Assembly: GCA_965204745.1 (NCBI GenBank)
Contig: OZ242010.1
Coordinates: forward strand, 5,184,001-5,248,000
Reading direction: 5' to 3'
Length of the DNA stretch: 64,000 nt
Origin: Candidatus Latescibacterota bacterium
GTDB lineage: Bacteria > Latescibacterota > UBA2968
Made by a program: the position numbers and the translations under genes. The stretch's first letter is position 1, and each line of letters starts with the position of its first letter. Of this stretch, positions 58,358 to 64,000 are shown piece after piece. The notes beneath the pieces were generated by a model that was given only the letters and a program-made list of their open reading frames with translations, searched no databases and had not been told where the DNA came from.

Positions 58358-59613
58358 GCTACCGCACCGCGCCGGTTGAAATCCGAGATGGCGTCGCGGT
58401 GTTGCCCCATGCATTGGAAGGGGTCTTGCAAGGCTTTGCCACCGTGCCCGAAATCGCCGAATGCGCGGTTTTATCCACTTGCAATCGCTCGGAAGTCTAT
58501 TGCGTAACGCACGATACCCACGCGGCCCGAGACGCGGTGATCGCCAAGTGGTGCGACCAAAGCGGGCTGGCGCCGGACGCGCTGTGCCGGCATCTGTTCG
58601 TCTATCGGGACGCAGACGCCGCGCGCCACCTGTTTGGCGTGGCCGCCGGGCTGGATTCGATGGTGATGGGCGAACCGCAAATCGCCGCGCAGGTCAAAGA
58701 GGCCGGGGCCGCCGCGCTCTCTGCTGGCGCGAGCAAAACCGTGCTCAACCGCCTGTTTCGCGCCGCGACCGAGGCGTCCAAGCGGGCGCGCACAGAGACC
58801 GAGATCGCGACCGGCGCCGTGTCTGTGAGCTTTGCTGCGGTGGAACTCGCGAAGAAAATTTTTGGGCACCTAGACGGGCAAACGGCCTTGGTGCTCGGCG
58901 CGGGCGAGATGAGCGAATTGACTGCGCGACATCTCGCGGACCAAGGCGTGAAATCCTTGTTGGTGACGAGCCGCACGTTTGCGCGGGCGCGCGATTTGGC
59001 GATGCGCGTGGGCGGGCGCGCCATCCACTTTGCCGAGGGCATGGACAATTTGCACGCCGCAGACGTGATCATCAGTTCCACGAGCGCGGAGAATTACGTT
59101 TTGGAACGCCATCATGTCGCGTCGGCCATGCACCAGCGCAAGAACCGCTCCATGTTTTTGATCGACATTGCCGTGCCCCGCGACATCGACCCGGCAGTGG
59201 GCGATCTGTACAATGTGTTTCTCTACGACCTCGACGATTTGGAATCCGTCGTCGGTGCGAATTTGGAAAAGCGAAAAACCGAAGCGGAAAAGGTCAATGC
59301 GATTTTAGAAGGAGAAGTGAGGGCGTTTTCCGCGTGGGTCAATTCCCTCGACGTGGTGCCCGCTATCGTGGCCCTGCGCCGGCACTTTCAATCGTTCATG
59401 GACGCCGAACTCGCGCAGGCCAAGTTGGCCGAGTTTTCAGACGACCAACGCGCACAAGTCGCCAATGTGGTGCGCCGATTTATGAACAAAGTGTTGCACA
59501 AACCCGTGATACGCCTCAAGGAAGCAGCCGAAGAAGAAGACAGCGGCGCGTACGTGGCGGCCCTGTCCTACTTGTTCGATCTCGCGGTTGAAAAAAGAAA
59601 GATGGAAGTTTAG
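58333..59613 (+). CDS. hemA: Glutamyl-tRNA reductase
   Basis: STCNR, GLDSMVMGEPQI, GAGEM, DIAVPRD. Confidence 0.97.
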   Translation: MSLVVIGLSYRTAPVEIRDGVAVLPHALEGVLQGFATVPEIAECAVLSTCNRSEVYCVTHDTHAARDAVIAKWCDQSGLAPDALCRHLFVYRDADAARHLFGVAAGLDSMVMGEPQIAAQVKEAGAAALSAGASKTVLNRLFRAATEASKRARTETEIATGAVSVSFAAVELAKKIFGHLDGQTALVLGAGEMSELTARHLADQGVKSLLVTSRTFARARDLAMRVGGRAIHFAEGMDNLHAADVIISSTSAENYVLERHHVASAMHQRKNRSMFLIDIAVPRDIDPAVGDLYNVFLYDLDDLESVVGANLEKRKTEAEKVNAILEGEVRAFSAWVNSLDVVPAIVALRRHFQSFMDAELAQAKLAEFSDDQRAQVANVVRRFMNKVLHKPVIRLKEAAEEEDSGAYVAALSYLFDLAVEKRKMEV

Positions 59614-59716
59614 CCACAAAAGGCACAAAAGGCACAAAAGGCACGAGCGGGGTACAACTGGCGATAGCCAGTTCAAAGGCACGAGCGGGGTACAACTGGC
59701 GATAGCCAGTTCAAAG
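59613..59716. repeat. GGCACAAAA nonamers plus two 39-bp hairpin units
   Basis: Two tandem AAAGGCACGAGCGGGGTACAACTGGCGATAGCCAGTTCA units; matches 221-371. Confidence 0.85.
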
Positions 59717-59778
59717 GTGAGCAATGTGTGTAGGGGATGCACCCGTGCTCGCCCAAAGAGACAAGAGGGACAAGGATA

Positions 59779-60702
59779 ATGATCATCGGTAGCCGAGGAA
59801 GCGCGCTGGCTCTGTGGCAGGGCAACTGGGCAAAGCGAAAATTAGAGGACGCACATCCCGAACTCAAACCCGAGATCGCGGTGATTAAGACGCAGGGGGA
59901 TCGCTTGTCCGAAACCCCGCTGTCCCAAATCGGCGGCAAAGAGGTGTGGACCAAAGAAATCGAGAATGCCCTGTTGGCCGGGCGCATCGATCTGGCGGTT
60001 CACAGCTTGAAAGACCTGCCCGCGCAGTTGCCGAATGGATTGGCCCTCGGCGCGATCAGCCTGCGCGAGGACGTGCGAGATGTGTTGGTGAGCAAGCGCG
60101 ATCAGGGGTTTTGGGATTTGCCAAAAGGCGCGGTGCTCGCAACGAGCAGTTTGCGGCGGCAAGCCCAACTGCGGCACGCACGCCCTGACCTGCGTTTCGT
60201 GGAAATGCGCGGCAATGTGGATACGCGCCTCAAAAAATTCCGCGCGAAAAATATAGACGGCATCGTCCTCGCCGCCGCCGGTTTGAAGCGGTTGGGCTTG
60301 GAAACCCACATCGCGGATTATCTCGACCCTGCCCTGTGTTTGCCCGCGCCCGGTCAAGGCGCGCTCGGCATCGAAATACGCGCAGGTGACCGCGAGGTTT
60401 TGCGATGGATCGCCGTTTTGAACCACGCGGAAACCCAGCGCGCTGTCACCGCAGAACGCGCCATGCTGGCGGCCCTGGGCGGAGGCTGCCGCGTCCCTAT
60501 CGGTGGTTTGGCGACCTGTGATGCGTCCCTATCGCGCTTGCGCGCAGTCGTGGCCTCGGCCGATGGCAAGCGGATCATCCGATCACAACGAGCGAGCACC
60601 AAAGACACCCCCGACCAACTAGGCCACCGCGTCGCCCAAACCCTCCTCGCCCAAGGCGCGTCAGAAATTTTGGCATTGGAACAACGCGGCGATAGACGAT
60701 GA
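59779..60702 (+). CDS. hemC: Hydroxymethylbilane synthase
   Basis: GSRGS.LA..Q, VHSLKD, TSSLRR, RGNVDTRL, GGGC. Confidence 0.97.
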   Translation: MIIGSRGSALALWQGNWAKRKLEDAHPELKPEIAVIKTQGDRLSETPLSQIGGKEVWTKEIENALLAGRIDLAVHSLKDLPAQLPNGLALGAISLREDVRDVLVSKRDQGFWDLPKGAVLATSSLRRQAQLRHARPDLRFVEMRGNVDTRLKKFRAKNIDGIVLAAAGLKRLGLETHIADYLDPALCLPAPGQGALGIEIRAGDREVLRWIAVLNHAETQRAVTAERAMLAALGGGCRVPIGGLATCDASLSRLRAVVASADGKRIIRSQRASTKDTPDQLGHRVAQTLLAQGASEILALEQRGDRR

Positions 60703-60745
60703 TCTCCTGTTGCGGGGAGATCGAGAAGGCACAAAGAGGTTTGGA

Positions 60746-61000
60746 GTGGACTACGAATTGACGCAACACGCCCGAGAAAGTCTCCGGATTCGTCCCAATA
60801 TCCAAATAGCGTGGATCGAGCGGGTACTCAGTTCCCCCGAACTCATAGTGCCTGATCGCGTGGATCCGGACTTGGAGCACAGGCTGGGGCGGATTGAAGA
60901 ATATGGCGGGCGCGTGTTGCGCGTGATTATTCGGACAAACACCACGCCATTGCGATTGATTACCTTTTACTTTGATCGCACAATGAGGAACCGGTTATGA
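60746..61000 (+). CDS. DUF4258-type toxin-like protein
   Basis: LTQHA, RVLRVI, ITFYFDR. Confidence 0.75.
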   Translation: MDYELTQHARESLRIRPNIQIAWIERVLSSPELIVPDRVDPDLEHRLGRIEEYGGRVLRVIIRTNTTPLRLITFYFDRTMRNRL

Positions 61001-61221
61001 AACTCCAAATTGACGAAGAAGCCGATGCGTTGCATCTGCGCCTGACCGATGGGCCGGGCGTAGCGTCCGAGGAAGTCGCTCCCGGCATTATCCTCGACTA
61101 CGACGCCGACGATCAAGTGATCGGCGTTGAAATTCTGTATCTCTCCAAACGGCCTCATCCCATCAATTTGATGGACTTTCAACTCGAGACGCGGCGAACC
61201 AAACTCGCAGAAAGCGCGTAA
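60997..61221 (+). CDS. DUF2283 family protein (antitoxin-like)
   Basis: D.EADAL.L, LDYD....VIGVEIL. Confidence 0.85.
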   Translation: MKLQIDEEADALHLRLTDGPGVASEEVAPGIILDYDADDQVIGVEILYLSKRPHPINLMDFQLETRRTKLAESA

Positions 61222-61265
61222 GTCCCCTCGTCGTCGTGGTCGTCATTCGCATTGAGAGCGAACCC

Positions 61266-62798
61266 ATGCAAACTGGATGCGTATATCTCGTCGGTGCCGG
61301 GCCGGGCGATGTGGAATTGCTCACAGTGAAGGGCCTGCGTCTCATCCGAGAGGCGGATGTGATCTTGTATGACGGGTTGGCAAATCCCGCGCTATTGAAG
61401 GACGCATCCCCGAAGTGCGAGTGCATCAATGTGGAAAAACGCCCGGGGTATCAGCGCGTGCAACAAGCGGAAATCAACCACCTCATGGTGAACCGCGCGC
61501 AACAGGGCCTGCGCGTCGTGCGCTTAAAAGGGGGCGACCCGATGGTATTTGGGCGCGGGGGCGAGGAAGCCGAGGCGTTGAAAGCACGCGGCATTCGGTT
61601 TGAGATCGTGCCGGGCATCAGCAGTGCCATTGCCGCGCCCGCCTACGCTGGCATTCCCGCCACGCACAGGGGCATCTCCCCCCATGTGACGATAGTCACC
61701 GGGACGACCGCTGCACTCGAAGATCGCGGGGAAGTCGATTGGGAAGGGCTGGCAAAGGTGGGGGGCACGCTCCTCATTTTGATGGGCACGCGAAAACGCG
61801 GTGAAATTGCCCGCCGCCTCATCGCCGGGGGGCGACCACATGACACCCCCGTCGCAGCTATTCAATGGGGGTCTTTGCCCGCGCAACGCACAGTGAGAAC
61901 CACGCTGGCAAAAATGGGCGACGTCGCGATGACCAACCCCGCGGTGATCGTCATAGGAAAAGTCGCGGCAATGGACCTGGATTGGTTTGCGTCCAAGCCC
62001 CTGTTTGGACAGCGGATCGCCGTGACCAGAGCGCGTGTGCAGGCGAGTGACTTGACGCGCCAGTTGCAGGCATTGGGCGCGTGGGTCATCGAAGTGCCGA
62101 CCATTGCATTTGCCGAACCCGAGGATTGGCGCGATGTGGATTGTGCCATAGCAGAGGTGCATGCGTACGATTGGCTCATATTGACGAGTGCAAATGGAAC
62201 GGATCGCTTTTTCGAGCGTTTGTTTCACCAGGGCCGCGACCTGCGCGCATTGGGGAACACAAAAATTGCAACCGTCGGCGCGGCGACCTCGGCCCGAGTG
62301 CGCGCCTGGCATCTCAAGGTGGATCTCGAAGCGGCTGACCGCACCTCCGAAGGCTTGCTCGAGGCACTCGGCGATGATCTCTCCTCACGGCGATTTTTGT
62401 TGCCCCGGCCAGAAAAATCCCGGGGCGTACTCGGCGAGGGGATTCGCCAGCGCCGGGGCCAAGTCCGCGAAGTGGTCGTCTACAAAACCGTGCGGCCCGA
62501 TGCCTTGCCCGCTGAATTTTTGCAGCATCTCGACCGGGATGAGATCGATCTCATCACCTTTACGAGTTCATCCACGGTCACCAATCTCATAGACTCGCTC
62601 GGCGACGCCCTGCAACAACCGGGCAGAGAACGCTTGCGAGCAGCATGCATCGGCCCCATCACGGCCCAAACCGCAACCGCACATGGATTCGACGTGGTCG
62701 TGGAACTCCCCGCATCATCGGCATCCATTTCCGCCTTGGTGAAGGCCATTGAAGCACATGCAAAAAAAAATGCAACTTTTGGGCAAAAATGCGGTTGA
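61266..62798 (+). CDS. cobA: Uroporphyrinogen-III C-methyltransferase / uroporphyrinogen-III synthase fusion (CobA-HemD)
   Basis: VGAGPGD, RLKGGDP..FGRG.EE; then VTRA, TSANG, FTSSSTV, CIGPIT. Confidence 0.95.
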   Translation: MQTGCVYLVGAGPGDVELLTVKGLRLIREADVILYDGLANPALLKDASPKCECINVEKRPGYQRVQQAEINHLMVNRAQQGLRVVRLKGGDPMVFGRGGEEAEALKARGIRFEIVPGISSAIAAPAYAGIPATHRGISPHVTIVTGTTAALEDRGEVDWEGLAKVGGTLLILMGTRKRGEIARRLIAGGRPHDTPVAAIQWGSLPAQRTVRTTLAKMGDVAMTNPAVIVIGKVAAMDLDWFASKPLFGQRIAVTRARVQASDLTRQLQALGAWVIEVPTIAFAEPEDWRDVDCAIAEVHAYDWLILTSANGTDRFFERLFHQGRDLRALGNTKIATVGAATSARVRAWHLKVDLEAADRTSEGLLEALGDDLSSRRFLLPRPEKSRGVLGEGIRQRRGQVREVVVYKTVRPDALPAEFLQHLDRDEIDLITFTSSSTVTNLIDSLGDALQQPGRERLRAACIGPITAQTATAHGFDVVVELPASSASISALVKAIEAHAKKNATFGQKCG

Positions 62799-62823
62799 CA
62801 TATCCGAAAAGACACAGTAAATT
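62795..62823 (+). promoter_or_regulatory. Sigma70-type promoter
   Basis: TTGACA-17 bp-TAAATT. Confidence 0.65.
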
Positions 62824-62868
62824 TAGGTCGAAATGAAAATCGATCACCTTTTTCACAGGAGGAGCGTT

Positions 62869-63675
62869 ATGAAGCGTATGATGGTTGCTGTAGGTCTGGG
62901 GCTGAGTTTGGTTGGCTCGGCCATTGCCGGTCCCTTGACACAGGGGCTGGAATTTACGGGCGGGGAGAATAGCCTGGCCAATCTCGTGTTGCAACGTGCA
63001 CAGAGCATTGTCGCCGAAGATGGCATGTTGAAGTTGCAGGTCACGATCAGCCACGCCCAAAAGTTGAAGGGCTATGGCTTTGTGTTGCAGTACGATCAGG
63101 CCAAGTACGAATTTGTCGAAGCGCGCGAAGTCGATCAAAATCTGCTCAACACCGGCAACGGGCAACCCGCGCTGTTTCTCGCATCCACCAAAACCCCCGG
63201 CCAAGTGGCTGTTGGGTCGATGAAGGTCGATGGGCAGGGGGCAAGCGGCGACGGCAGTTTGGTCGAGTTCGCGTTTAAGACCACGCACACGCCAGTGCCC
63301 ACGGATTTCCAAATTCTCGACGGCGTCATGGTCGATCTGTCCGGCGGCATCGATGCGATTACCAACATCGAAATTGGCAATCTCAAGCCCGTGCCCATGG
63401 ATTACGCCCTCAATCAAAATATCCCCAATCCCTTTAACCCCTCTACCACCATCAACTACCAGTTGCCCGAAGCCAGCGAAGTCCAACTGGTGATCTACAA
63501 CCTGCTCGGGCAGGAAGTCCGCACCCTGATTCGGGAATCTATGGACGCGGGTTTTCACTCGGTCGTTTGGGATGGCATGGACGAATACGGCAAGCAAGTC
63601 GCCAGCGGGATTTACATTTACCGCTTGTCCGCCACCAACTTCACGCAGGTGCGCCGCATGATGTTGCTGAAGTAA
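62869..63675 (+). CDS. Secreted protein with cohesin-like domain and FlgD-Ig/T9SS-type C-terminal domain
   Basis: Signal peptide; GYGFVLQYD; QNIPNPFNPSTTI, IYNLLGQ, WDG, SGIYIYRL. Confidence 0.85.
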   Translation: MKRMMVAVGLGLSLVGSAIAGPLTQGLEFTGGENSLANLVLQRAQSIVAEDGMLKLQVTISHAQKLKGYGFVLQYDQAKYEFVEAREVDQNLLNTGNGQPALFLASTKTPGQVAVGSMKVDGQGASGDGSLVEFAFKTTHTPVPTDFQILDGVMVDLSGGIDAITNIEIGNLKPVPMDYALNQNIPNPFNPSTTINYQLPEASEVQLVIYNLLGQEVRTLIRESMDAGFHSVVWDGMDEYGKQVASGIYIYRLSATNFTQVRRMMLLK

Positions 63676-63696
63676 TGGCGCGTTTGAAGTTTTCAA

Positions 63697-63730
63697 GGCC
63701 GCTTACCTCTGGTAGGTGGCCTTTTTTTTT
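63697..63730 (+). terminator. Intrinsic terminator
   Basis: GGCCGCTTACC-TCT-GGTAGGTGGCC followed by T9. Confidence 0.85.
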
Positions 63731-63742
63731 GGAGATCCCATT

Positions 63743-64000
63743 ATGATTCGCGTTGGTCTGGTCGGATATGGCTTGGGCGGCAAAGTCTTTCACGCGCCGC
63801 TGATCGACCTCGCGCCCGACCTCGCGCTGTACGCGGTCTGCTCGCGGTCCTCGGCAAAACGCTCGGCAGCAACGGCGGATTTTCCCTCGGTCAAGACTTA
63901 TGGCACGTATGACGCGCTGTTGGACGACGACAATGTCGATCTCGTCGTACTCGCCACGCCGCACGACACCCACGCGCCGATGAGCATCCAAGCGATGGAT
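63743..64000 (+). CDS. Gfo/Idh/MocA oxidoreductase, 5' part
   Basis: MIRVGLVGYGLGGKVFHAP, VVLATPHDTH; runs off the window. Confidence 0.85.
   Translation, partial: MIRVGLVGYGLGGKVFHAPLIDLAPDLALYAVCSRSSAKRSAATADFPSVKTYGTYDALLDDDNVDLVVLATPHDTHAPMSIQAMD

Overview
A GC-rich bacterial chromosomal window. Secreted proteins with EF-hand/dockerin-like, internalin LRR and FlgD-type NxPNPFNP C-terminal modules, plus several sulfatases and Gfo/Idh/MocA enzymes, suggest an FCB-group lineage such as Latescibacterota; this is inference only. It contains: (1) a minus-strand signalling cluster of Ser/Thr kinase, two membrane trypsin-FHA proteins (one with a degenerate catalytic triad), a vWA protein split by an in-frame TAG, FHA proteins and a MotA/TolQ/ExbB channel; (2) a three-gene fusion operon (glycosyltransferase-radical SAM, WG-repeat methyltransferase, His-phosphatase-nucleotidyltransferase); (3) three near-identical IS110 copies whose bridge-RNA guides can be read directly and which target a host heptamer repeat; (4) an IS5 with a second cryptic end interrupting an LRR gene; (5) defence or toxin-antitoxin-like modules (AAA_21 pair, DUF488 pair, HEPN-MNT, WYL, UDG-like, NucS-like, DUF4258/DUF2283); (6) housekeeping genes (proA, anmK, hem operon, Cu ATPase, K channel); and (7) at least six short-repeat families plus a ~250 bp structured dispersed element. 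No rRNA, tRNA or CRISPR array was seen. Domain calls are from motif recognition, not database searches.
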